This document shows positions 7,556 through 15,547 of a stretch of 17,945 nt of DNA, piece by piece. Each line of letters opens with the position of its first letter. Position 1 is the first letter of the stretch. Source of the stretch: Deferribacterales bacterium (lineage in GTDB: Bacteria > Chrysiogenota > Deferribacteres > Deferribacterales > Geovibrionaceae); contig JBFWJS010000010.1 of the NCBI GenBank assembly GCA_050253075.1, positions 1 to 17,945 of the forward strand, read 5' to 3'. The position numbers and the translations under genes are program-made. The notes under the pieces were generated by a model, which saw nothing but the letters and a program-made list of their open reading frames with translations, searched no databases and was not told where the DNA came from.

Positions 7556-7861
7556 TTACTTTTTCTTATTATTCCTGTCCGGGTGTATTATCACAATGTT
7601 CGTAGGCGTTTCCAGCATTCTGATTATGTGCCTTGTGCCTGCGGGTATCTCTATCAGCTCGAGACCTTTATGCAACTTGCGCTCTTCGCCCAGCTGAAGG
7701 TCGATAGTCCCCTCCAGAAGCAGTAGAAGCTCGTCGTACTCGTGAGCCTCGTCAGGGGAAACGCATCCGTCCTGTCCGAAGACAGTCTCAACTTCGAAAT
7801 CGCTCGCTGCGCCTAAAAAAAGGCGGTTGATATCCGGGATCGGCGGGTTGTTATTACTCAT
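7556..7861 (-). CDS. Cupin domain protein
   Basis: Cupin motif 1 (EAHEYDELLLLLEG) and motif 2 (IEIPAGTRH), 101 aa. ATGA overlap with the MFS gene stop. Confidence 0.75.
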   Translation of the reverse strand: MSNNNPPIPDINRLFLGAASDFEVETVFGQDGCVSPDEAHEYDELLLLLEGTIDLQLGEERKLHKGLELIEIPAGTRHIIRMLETPTNIVIIHPDRNNKKK

Positions 7862-9021
7862 ATTGTTACTCCTTTCTTAAATAAAAATTGTCTGGCTATA
7901 TTTATAGCGAACATGCCCGCTGCCGTTATCGCAGAGGCAGTAAAAAGTGTCTCAAAAGTATTATTTATCCCCGAGCCAAAGGTAAGGGATGAAGCATATT
8001 CCGTGATGACGGGGCTGGAAAACTGCCCTGCAAAGATGAAGAATGCCGCTATGGACGTACCCACTGTTTTGCTGTCTGCGCTGCCGTATGACGTGACGCC
8101 GTTCATGATATACGGCACCATGCATCCGATACTTAGCCCGCACATGGACATAGCAGTAAGTGTCGAGGCAAGACTCCCCTGAAATGCCAGCAGGTAAAAC
8201 CCCGTGGTAAAACACAAAACGCCTGCGAAAGGGAGCCATATACGGAGCAGTTTGTTCACCCTGCCGAAGAATATTCCCATAACAAAAGATGAAGCTGTCA
8301 TACAGGACATTGCCACACCTGCGGCAGCAGACCGCCCCAGCTCATTTTGAGTGATATACAGAGATATATTTACAGGGACAGCATAAAAAGCCGTAAATAC
8401 GAAGAACATAGCAAAGCCCCATAAAACATAGACGAAATAATCTTTAGGCGAAATACCGCCTGAGCCTGCGCCCTTCACGGGCTTCTTCTCAGGGATGAAC
8501 ACAAAAGCAAGCACGAGCACTATGACGCCGAGCAGATATATGCTGAATGATGCCCGCCAGTGATAAAGCGCTAATATGCCTGAAAGCGTCGTGGCAATTA
8601 TCCCGCCCAGATTAGATGCAGCACCGGAATATCCCATCGTGCGCACCTTCTCCTCGCCTGTGTATTCCTCGGCTATGATGCCCGCCGAAAGAGGCATAAG
8701 GAACCCGACGCCCAAACCGAGGATGAACCGCATGGTCAAAAGGGAGCTGATGCTGTCCGCCATTCCTCCCCCTGCTCCGCCTGCGATATACAGCACCAGT
8801 CCTATGTACAGCATCGTCTTGCGTGATATCACCCTGCTGAGATAGCCCGTCATAAGAGACATAGGCATAATAGCCAGTGCGGGGGTTGTAAGCACCAGCT
8901 TGCCCAGCGTGTCGGAGGAATCGGGGAATGCCGCAAGAATATCCGCAACAGCAGGAGCAACAGCCGCTCCGGACATAACTGTCAGAAGTGAAATTGACAG
9001 TATCGTCAGCTTAATCATCAT
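7858..9021 (-). CDS. Major facilitator superfamily transporter (probable efflux)
   Basis: 387 aa with about 12 hydrophobic segments, motif A-like GYLSRVISRK and motif B-like MRFILGLG. Downstream of a MarR gene. Confidence 0.9.
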   Translation of the reverse strand: MMIKLTILSISLLTVMSGAAVAPAVADILAAFPDSSDTLGKLVLTTPALAIMPMSLMTGYLSRVISRKTMLYIGLVLYIAGGAGGGMADSISSLLTMRFILGLGVGFLMPLSAGIIAEEYTGEEKVRTMGYSGAASNLGGIIATTLSGILALYHWRASFSIYLLGVIVLVLAFVFIPEKKPVKGAGSGGISPKDYFVYVLWGFAMFFVFTAFYAVPVNISLYITQNELGRSAAAGVAMSCMTASSFVMGIFFGRVNKLLRIWLPFAGVLCFTTGFYLLAFQGSLASTLTAMSMCGLSIGCMVPYIMNGVTSYGSADSKTVGTSIAAFFIFAGQFSSPVITEYASSLTFGSGINNTFETLFTASAITAAGMFAINIARQFLFKKGVTI

Positions 9022-9451
9022 TTTTCCCTGCCATACGCATAAGGTTCGTTCTTAATCTCTCAGTCTTTGTGTAGTACTCGTCCATCTCTTCATCTGAAAA
9101 GCCCTCGAAGAGCCTTTTAGTGAGGGATGCGAGTATCTGCATCAGTTCGTCCCGCACGGCTCTGCCGTTCTCGGTGACGTATATGATATTTCTTCTTTTA
9201 TTTTTGCTGTCCTGCACACGGACGACATACCCTGCCTTTTCAAGGGCGGTCAGTGCTCTGGCTGCGGAGCTTTTGTCGAAATGCAGTTTTTCAGCAAGCT
9301 CCTCCTGATGCACTCCGTCCTGTGAGAAAAGCTGTGCTATGAATGGAACCGTGGCGTTTGAAAGTTTCAGGTGCGCCACCTCTTTATCTACAAACCTGTT
9401 CATGGTTCTGGATATCTCGGAGATCTCTTTTCCTATCGATGTCTTTTTCAT
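9011..9451 (-). CDS. MarR family transcriptional regulator
   Basis: Winged HTH: QEELAEKLHFDKSSAARALTALEKAGYV..QDSKNKRRNIIYVTENG. Start set at ATG 9451, which follows a GAGGT RBS. Confidence 0.93.
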   Translation of the reverse strand: MKKTSIGKEISEISRTMNRFVDKEVAHLKLSNATVPFIAQLFSQDGVHQEELAEKLHFDKSSAARALTALEKAGYVVRVQDSKNKRRNIIYVTENGRAVRDELMQILASLTKRLFEGFSDEEMDEYYTKTERLRTNLMRMAGKNDD

Positions 9452-9464
9452 AAATAACCTCATC

Positions 9465-9510
9465 GTTGCGTATGCAACAAATATAATTCACTATTGTTGC
9501 GAGCGCAACA
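9465..9510. promoter_or_regulatory. Two palindromic GTTGC-N4-GCAAC operators (probable MarR autoregulatory sites) overlapping a minus-strand sigma70 promoter
   Basis: GTTGCGTATGCAAC at 9465-9478 and TGTTGCGAGCGCAACA at 9495-9510. The minus strand reads TTGCGC-N17-TATATT across them. Confidence 0.78.
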
Positions 9511-9543
9511 GTTAAATTATAATTTACAATTTGCAATCCCCTC

Positions 9544-9571
9544 TTGAAATATTCTCAAAAACCCGTAAAAT
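9544..9571 (+). promoter_or_regulatory. Putative sigma70 promoter for carA
   Basis: TTGAAA-N16-TAAAAT. Confidence 0.45.
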
Positions 9572-9648
9572 CCTTTTCGTTTGAGCTACAATATTGTATT
9601 GTATGTCGTAACTTTAATATCCCCTCAAAACGGGGCGAGGTTTAGTGA

Positions 9649-10767
9649 ATGAATAAAGCATATCTTGTACTCTCTGACGGAACGGTTTTCGAAGGTCAGA
9701 GCTTCGGCGCAGAAGGAACTAAAACGGGAGAGGTTGTCTTCAACACCTCTATGTCAGGTTATCAGGAGATACTGACAGACCCTTCATATTACGGTCAGAT
9801 GGTGGCTATGACCTACCCTCTCATCGGTAACTATGGCATAAACAGCGAAGACTTCGAGTCTGAGAACGTATGGCTCTCCGCCTTCATCGTGAAGGAATAC
9901 AGCCAGATATACAGCAACTACCGCGCTGATAAATCCCTCGGCGATTTCCTGAAAGAACAGGGCGTCATCGGCATCGAGGGGATAGACACAAGAATGCTTG
10001 TAAGACATATACGTGAGCAGGGCTCCATGAACGCCGTACTCACCACAGAGATAGACGACATAGAAAAGCTGAAAAAGATGGCAGCAGAGATGCCTAGCAT
10101 CGAAGGTCAGGACTATGTTCAGCATGTCACATGCAAAGAGCCTTATGTCTGGACACAAAAGACATGGACACTCGAAGACGGCTACACCGACTGTACAGAC
10201 CCTAAAAGGCACATCGTCGCCGTAGACTTCGGTATAAAGAAAAACATCCTGCGCTACTTCGCAGACCACGGCTGTAAGGTCACTGTCGTACCGGCAAAAA
10301 CACCTTTCAGCGAAATAGAAGCACTCAATCCCGACGGAGTTTTCCTCTCTAACGGCCCCGGGGATCCGGAGCCTGTGGTATACGGCATTGAGACAGCTAA
10401 AAAGGTTCTCGAGAAATACCCTACATTCGGCATTTGCCTCGGAAACCAGATACTCGGACTCGCCCTCGGCGGTAAGACGTACAAGCTGAAATTCGGCCAC
10501 CACGGCGGAAACCAGCCTGTGAAAGACCTCGAGACAGGCAAGGTGGAGATAACTCCTCAGAACCACTGCTTCGCCGTAGACGTAGACAGCCTCGGCGACA
10601 GAGTAGAGGTCACCCACGTGAACCTGAATGACAACACTGTCGAAGGACTGCGCCATAAGGATTATCCCCTTTTCGCAGTACAGTATCACCCTGAGAACGG
10701 CCCCGGGCCGCAGGATGCTACATACCTCTTCGAGCGTTTCATCGAAATGGTAGATAATAACAAGTAA
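9649..10767 (+). CDS. carA: Carbamoyl-phosphate synthase small subunit (glutamine amidotransferase)
   Basis: [57 protein letters not shown] (catalytic Cys), [22 protein letters not shown]. Confidence 0.98.
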   Translation: MNKAYLVLSDGTVFEGQSFGAEGTKTGEVVFNTSMSGYQEILTDPSYYGQMVAMTYPLIGNYGINSEDFESENVWLSAFIVKEYSQIYSNYRADKSLGDFLKEQGVIGIEGIDTRMLVRHIREQGSMNAVLTTEIDDIEKLKKMAAEMPSIEGQDYVQHVTCKEPYVWTQKTWTLEDGYTDCTDPKRHIVAVDFGIKKNILRYFADHGCKVTVVPAKTPFSEIEALNPDGVFLSNGPGDPEPVVYGIETAKKVLEKYPTFGICLGNQILGLALGGKTYKLKFGHHGGNQPVKDLETGKVEITPQNHCFAVDVDSLGDRVEVTHVNLNDNTVEGLRHKDYPLFAVQYHPENGPGPQDATYLFERFIEMVDNNK

Positions 10768-10769
10768 AA

Positions 10770-11765
10770 ATGTTTCGTATAATAGGCATAGCCGTCATTT
10801 TGGCGGCTTTTCTTTTAACCTCAGCTCTCGGACTATGGATTCTCCAGTGTGAAAAGTTTCTGGACAACACACTGGTCACAGTCGAGCTGGAGGTTGAGCC
10901 GAATACATCTTTCAACTGGCTGTATGGCAGACTATTCGAACATCTGGATACACCGCCCCTCTTCCGCCTTTACCTTATAAAGAAAGTGAAGCTGGACAGA
11001 AACATGAAGTACGGATATTACCGTGCGGGCGACATACCCGTGCGCCGTCTTCTGGACGCCGTGATGAAGGGTCGCCAGTCCACCATGAAGGTAACTATCC
11101 CCGAAGGGTACAATATGTACGACGTATCCAACAGGATATCAGAGCGCATTGTCGACAGTGCCGGAGAGTTCCTTAAAGCCGTGAAAGATAAAACATTTAT
11201 AAAGAACCTGACAGGAAAGGATTATGTAAGCCTTGAAGGATTCCTTTACCCCGACACATACTTCTTCCCGCCTAATTCCGAGCCTCAGCATGTGGCATCG
11301 GCAATGTATCAGATGTTTATGAAGCAGCTCCCCGAGGACTTCGACGAAAAGGCACGTAAGCTCGGGCTGACATCATATGAGGCCGTCATAATGGCTTCCA
11401 TTATACAGAAAGAAACATACGACCCGTCGGAAGCTCCGCTGATATCATCGGTATTTCACAACAGGCTGAAATTTCCCATGAGGCTTCAGGCAGACCCGAC
11501 CATCATATACGGTCTTTACCCCGACTTTGACGGAAACATACGCAAAACCGACCTGCGCGACAGGAGCAACCCTTATAACACCTATAAGATAGACGGGCTC
11601 CCGCCGACACCTATATGCAACCCTTCGAAGATAGCTCTGGAAGCAGCGGTGAACCCTGCGGACACCAGATACCTGTACTTTGTAGCGGATAAAGAGCGCA
11701 GACACATCTTCTCCACCAACTACCGTGACCACACAAACGAGGTCAACAGAAACCAAAAGCGTTAG
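10770..11765 (+). CDS. mltG: Endolytic transglycosylase MltG (YceG family)
   Basis: N-terminal TM anchor, VTIPEG, LEGFLYPDTY, ASIIQKET, VFHNRL...MRLQADPT, NPYNTY...GLPPTPICNP, YLYFV. Confidence 0.95.
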   Translation: MFRIIGIAVILAAFLLTSALGLWILQCEKFLDNTLVTVELEVEPNTSFNWLYGRLFEHLDTPPLFRLYLIKKVKLDRNMKYGYYRAGDIPVRRLLDAVMKGRQSTMKVTIPEGYNMYDVSNRISERIVDSAGEFLKAVKDKTFIKNLTGKDYVSLEGFLYPDTYFFPPNSEPQHVASAMYQMFMKQLPEDFDEKARKLGLTSYEAVIMASIIQKETYDPSEAPLISSVFHNRLKFPMRLQADPTIIYGLYPDFDGNIRKTDLRDRSNPYNTYKIDGLPPTPICNPSKIALEAAVNPADTRYLYFVADKERRHIFSTNYRDHTNEVNRNQKR

Positions 11766-11814
11766 GCATCTGATTCCTCTTTATTAAAACGTATTTACAC
11801 ATTATTATACTCAT

Positions 11815-13152
11815 ATGGCTAAGCACATCAATGTACGTGTCCACAACAAAAAGACACTGGAACTAAAACTGGAATACATCCCCAAAGGTCAGCCGGATAA
11901 ATCCGACTATGTGATAGACCTTTATCTCTCTCTGCCTGAAAACATGGGGATAAACGAAAGCTCGTATGAGAAGAAATACTTTTATAACGACCTCTTCCGC
12001 TCCATCAGGCTGAAATCGCCCGACTATATGCTTAACCACTATTACGAACGCCTGAAGCACTTCGATGAGGCTTGCTCCGAGGGGATCCACGACTGGCAGT
12101 GCGTTTATGCATTTAAAAAGTTCATCACCGGGTACCGCTCCATGCTGAGAAACAGTGCAGCAGCCCTCGGCAAGACCAGCATACAGGCGGACATCGACTT
12201 CCTTCTGGAAAATGTGCATAAGAACAGGAACATCTTCCGCAAACTGCACAGGGAATTCAGAGATGAGAACGAGATGTTTGCCCTCGCAGACGAATTCACC
12301 AGCATAGTGACAAACATGTACCTTGTGCGCCTTTACGAACGCACAGGGGAAAATAAAGCCCTCATGGACACCATAAAAGGCGAGATCAAATACCGCAAGA
12401 AGCACTTCCCCGAATCTGTCCCCGGGAACGACGAACGGAACAGCATGCTGATCGACAGATACGACTATCTGAAAGGCTACTTCTATAACGTGCTATCCCT
12501 GCGGGCAAAGCGTAAGGTGGGCGACAAAGCTATGAAAAGCATACTCTACGCCACCGCAGCGGGCATATCGATGATAGTCGCCACCGTGATAGCCTTCTGG
12601 GCACAGCTAAAATACGGCAATTTCACCCTCCCCTTTTTCGTCGCCCTCGTGGTGGGCTACATGTTCAAAGACAGGATAAAAGACGGCTTCAAATCTCTGC
12701 TGGAAAAGATCGCCGCACCCGTCATATACGACTATGTGACACTGATATACGAAAGCAGGGGCAAGCACGCAATGGGTAAGACATGGGAACGAGCGGAATT
12801 CGTAAACAACAGTCATGTACCCGCAGAACTGAGCAGTAAGACAAACAGAAAGGTCATCCACTTTAACAAGAAGGTACACATAGAAAACGCAAAGATAAAA
12901 GAGCTCCTTGACCCCGAGATACACGGCATCACGGACCTTATGAGGCTGAACATAAAAAGATTCACTTCGGGACTTGAAGAACCACTCCCTCTAATGTACT
13001 CTGTGCGTGAGGGCGAGCTGGAAAAAACTCTGGCGGAAAAGACTTATAAGGTCGAACTCTTCCTCAGAGTATCAGCCAGCGGAGACGCAGAAGAGCTCAA
13101 AGGCGAGCTGACCCTCACATGTAAAGGAATAAAAAATTTCAGGATATTATAA
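11815..13152 (+). CDS. Uncharacterised 445-aa membrane protein with two central TM helices
   Basis: Long ORF in operon register, with its stop directly abutting the ppx ATG. Hydrophobic hairpin ILYATAAGISMIVATVIAFWAQ / FTLPFFVALVVGYMF followed by KDRIKD. No recognised catalytic motif. Confidence 0.8.
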   Translation: MAKHINVRVHNKKTLELKLEYIPKGQPDKSDYVIDLYLSLPENMGINESSYEKKYFYNDLFRSIRLKSPDYMLNHYYERLKHFDEACSEGIHDWQCVYAFKKFITGYRSMLRNSAAALGKTSIQADIDFLLENVHKNRNIFRKLHREFRDENEMFALADEFTSIVTNMYLVRLYERTGENKALMDTIKGEIKYRKKHFPESVPGNDERNSMLIDRYDYLKGYFYNVLSLRAKRKVGDKAMKSILYATAAGISMIVATVIAFWAQLKYGNFTLPFFVALVVGYMFKDRIKDGFKSLLEKIAAPVIYDYVTLIYESRGKHAMGKTWERAEFVNNSHVPAELSSKTNRKVIHFNKKVHIENAKIKELLDPEIHGITDLMRLNIKRFTSGLEEPLPLMYSVREGELEKTLAEKTYKVELFLRVSASGDAEELKGELTLTCKGIKNFRIL

Positions 13153-14067
13153 ATGAAAGTAGCAGCGATAGACATAGGCTCAAACGCCGTCAGACTTCTC
13201 ATTGCAGAGGTCGAAGGCAGAAAGATAACAGAAATATACTACAGAAAAAGATACATAACAAAGCTGGGCGAACACATCAAAAGCCAGCAGAGACTCAGTG
13301 AAGGCTCCATCGAACGCACAATGGAAGCACTCAGAGACTTTGTGCTCACCATCAACGAGCATAAGGTGCAGCGTGTGCACGCCGTCGCAACAAGTGCCGT
13401 GCGTGAGGCGGACAACCCGGAGGATCTTACAAGCAAAGCCTCTGAACTGGGACTCCGTATAGAGATCATCGACGGAGATACCGAAGCCGGGCTCATCTAT
13501 GACGGAGTAACATCGGGCATAGACATCGAAGGGAAAAAGGTGCTGATGTTCGACATAGGCGGGGGCTCCACAGAGTTTATCTACAGCGACCCGGAGCGTG
13601 GTAAATCGGGGATAAGCGTGCCTATGGGCGTGGTGAAAATGGCCGAGATGTACGACTTTAAAAAGGTCGTGAACATGGAGCATATGGACAGGATGCGCAT
13701 ACCGCTCTTCAGCACGCTGGATCAGGTTCTGCGCACACTCGACTGTAAGCCCGAGGTGCTGATAGGCTCCGCAGGCACACCGACAACCCTCGCAGCCATA
13801 GACATGAACATGGCCGAATACGATCAGGAAAAAGTTAACGGATACATCATATCCATCGAAAAGATAAAAGAGCACTTCGACATGCTCTGCTCGCTGACAT
13901 CCGAAGAAAGGCTTAACGTCGTCGGTATGGAAAAAGGGCGAGAGGAAGTTATCATCCCGGGTGTACTCATCACGGGCGAGCTGATGAATATGACAGGCAT
14001 ATACGACCTGCAGGTATCAGACTACGGACTCAGAGAGGGGCTGGCAATTGCAATCGCAAATATATAG
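13153..14067 (+). CDS. ppx: Ppx/GppA family exopolyphosphatase / pppGpp phosphohydrolase (short form, no HD domain)
   Basis: AAIDIGSNAVRL, VATSAVREA.N, IIDGDTEA, FDIGGGSTE, GLREG. 304 aa. Confidence 0.92.
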   Translation: MKVAAIDIGSNAVRLLIAEVEGRKITEIYYRKRYITKLGEHIKSQQRLSEGSIERTMEALRDFVLTINEHKVQRVHAVATSAVREADNPEDLTSKASELGLRIEIIDGDTEAGLIYDGVTSGIDIEGKKVLMFDIGGGSTEFIYSDPERGKSGISVPMGVVKMAEMYDFKKVVNMEHMDRMRIPLFSTLDQVLRTLDCKPEVLIGSAGTPTTLAAIDMNMAEYDQEKVNGYIISIEKIKEHFDMLCSLTSEERLNVVGMEKGREEVIIPGVLITGELMNMTGIYDLQVSDYGLREGLAIAIANI

Positions 14068-15547
14068 TTACCTCATAACACCCATCGTAACAGGTATTGT
14101 CGGCTATTCCACAAACTGGCTGGCGATCAAAATGCTTTTCCGCCCGCATAAGAAGAGTCTGCTCTCTTTCGGCTGGCAGGGCGTAATACCTAAAAACAGA
14201 GCAAAACTGGCGCAGGAAATAGGCGTCCTTGTAGGGGATAAGCTGCTCCGTCAGGACGACATACAGTCTGCATTCTTTTCCGAAAATATGCAGAAAAAGC
14301 TGGAAAGAGCCGTCGAAACAGAGCTGAAGAGCTTCCTCGAAAAGGACTTCGGCACTCTCGAATCCATCCTCGAAAAGACAGGGATGAAAGCAGGCGTCGT
14401 GATATCCGCACTGCTCGAGTCCATCAACTCCGAAGGGATGCTGGACAACCTGTTCAAAGAGATAAGCACAAAGGTGACAGACGGCATATACGGCATGAAG
14501 GTGGGCGAGCTGGAAGAGTTCTCCGAGGAGATAAACTCCGCCGTGAAATCCATCATGGAGACAGGGCGCATACAGAACGAAGCCGTAAACAGCATATCTT
14601 CATCCATAAACAACTTTGTGATGTCGGGCAAGAGCCTAGGCGATATCATCCCCGACAGTATCACTTCAAAGACGGGACAGCTCTCGTCATTCATAACCAA
14701 CAAGATACTCGAAGCGATGGACAATGCCCTCGCAGACCCGCACACCAGAAAAAAGGTCAGCGCAAAGCTGGTGGATATAAAGAATAACCACTTCTCCGAC
14801 GGAGCGGTGGACCAGCTTAAACTTGGCTTTCTCAATATGTTCATGAGCGAAGACACCATAGGCGAGATGGTGGACAAATACCTGCCGAAACTGGTTTCAT
14901 CCATCAAAGAGAGCGACGAGGTCAAAGAAAAGATATCCAACTCTATAAGAGACTATATAAACGGGATCATCAACAAGCCGATATTTCAGCATGCGGATGC
15001 CCTCGGGCTGGAGGCTGTTTTCCAGCTTCGCAGTTCCATCGTGACCGCCGCAAAAGGAACTCTCGATTCTCCCGACTTTTCGAAAAAAGTCACAGGGATG
15101 ATAAACGATATGATAAAGCAGAATTCAGAGAAGACCCTCGGCGAGCTTCTGGACGGCATCGGCATGAAGGACAGCATCGAAAGGAAGATATCAGGCGGAA
15201 TGACTGTCTCTGTCAAAGACATCTCAGCCTATCTTTTAAAAGTGTCGAAGGGACTGCAGGTTAAGAACATATACTCAGTGATACCGAAAAAGCTCTTTTA
15301 CGGCATAAAGATGGCTCTCTTAAGCGAGATAAATAAGATAGTCGAAAAGAATACGCCGAAGATGCTCGAAGCTATCAACTTCCCTAAGATAACCGAAGAC
15401 AGAATAAATTCCCTCGACCTTTACGAGGTGGAGAACCTGCTATTTTCTTTTATGAAAGACAGCTTCCGATGGATAAATATCCTCGGTTTTATTCTTGGTT
15501 TTCTATTTGGGGCTGTTCAGAGTCTGACCCTATACCTATTAGGTTAG
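14048..15547 (+). CDS. DUF445 family membrane protein
   Basis: N-terminal GIVGYSTNWLAIKMLFRP...QGVIPK.R..LA, a long helical middle, and C-terminal EVENLL.....FRWINILGFILGFLFG. TTG start with GAGGGG upstream, overlapping ppx by 20 bp. Confidence 0.88.
   Translation: MQSQIYSYLITPIVTGIVGYSTNWLAIKMLFRPHKKSLLSFGWQGVIPKNRAKLAQEIGVLVGDKLLRQDDIQSAFFSENMQKKLERAVETELKSFLEKDFGTLESILEKTGMKAGVVISALLESINSEGMLDNLFKEISTKVTDGIYGMKVGELEEFSEEINSAVKSIMETGRIQNEAVNSISSSINNFVMSGKSLGDIIPDSITSKTGQLSSFITNKILEAMDNALADPHTRKKVSAKLVDIKNNHFSDGAVDQLKLGFLNMFMSEDTIGEMVDKYLPKLVSSIKESDEVKEKISNSIRDYINGIINKPIFQHADALGLEAVFQLRSSIVTAAKGTLDSPDFSKKVTGMINDMIKQNSEKTLGELLDGIGMKDSIERKISGGMTVSVKDISAYLLKVSKGLQVKNIYSVIPKKLFYGIKMALLSEINKIVEKNTPKMLEAINFPKITEDRINSLDLYEVENLLFSFMKDSFRWINILGFILGFLFGAVQSLTLYLLG

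Noticed and set aside
9784..10689. 301-aa antisense ORF inside carA, and similar shadow ORFs at 1921-2610, 13180-13875, 14251-14940 and 11863-12405
   Set aside because: They lie opposite well-supported genes, have no recognisable motifs, and are explained by codon bias that depletes antisense stop codons.
11393..11416. MltG motif SIIQKE instead of SIIEKE, suggesting an inactive enzyme
   Set aside because: As I recall, the catalytic Glu is the one following Lys, which is retained, and Gln at the preceding position is a common variant. Not verified by alignment here.
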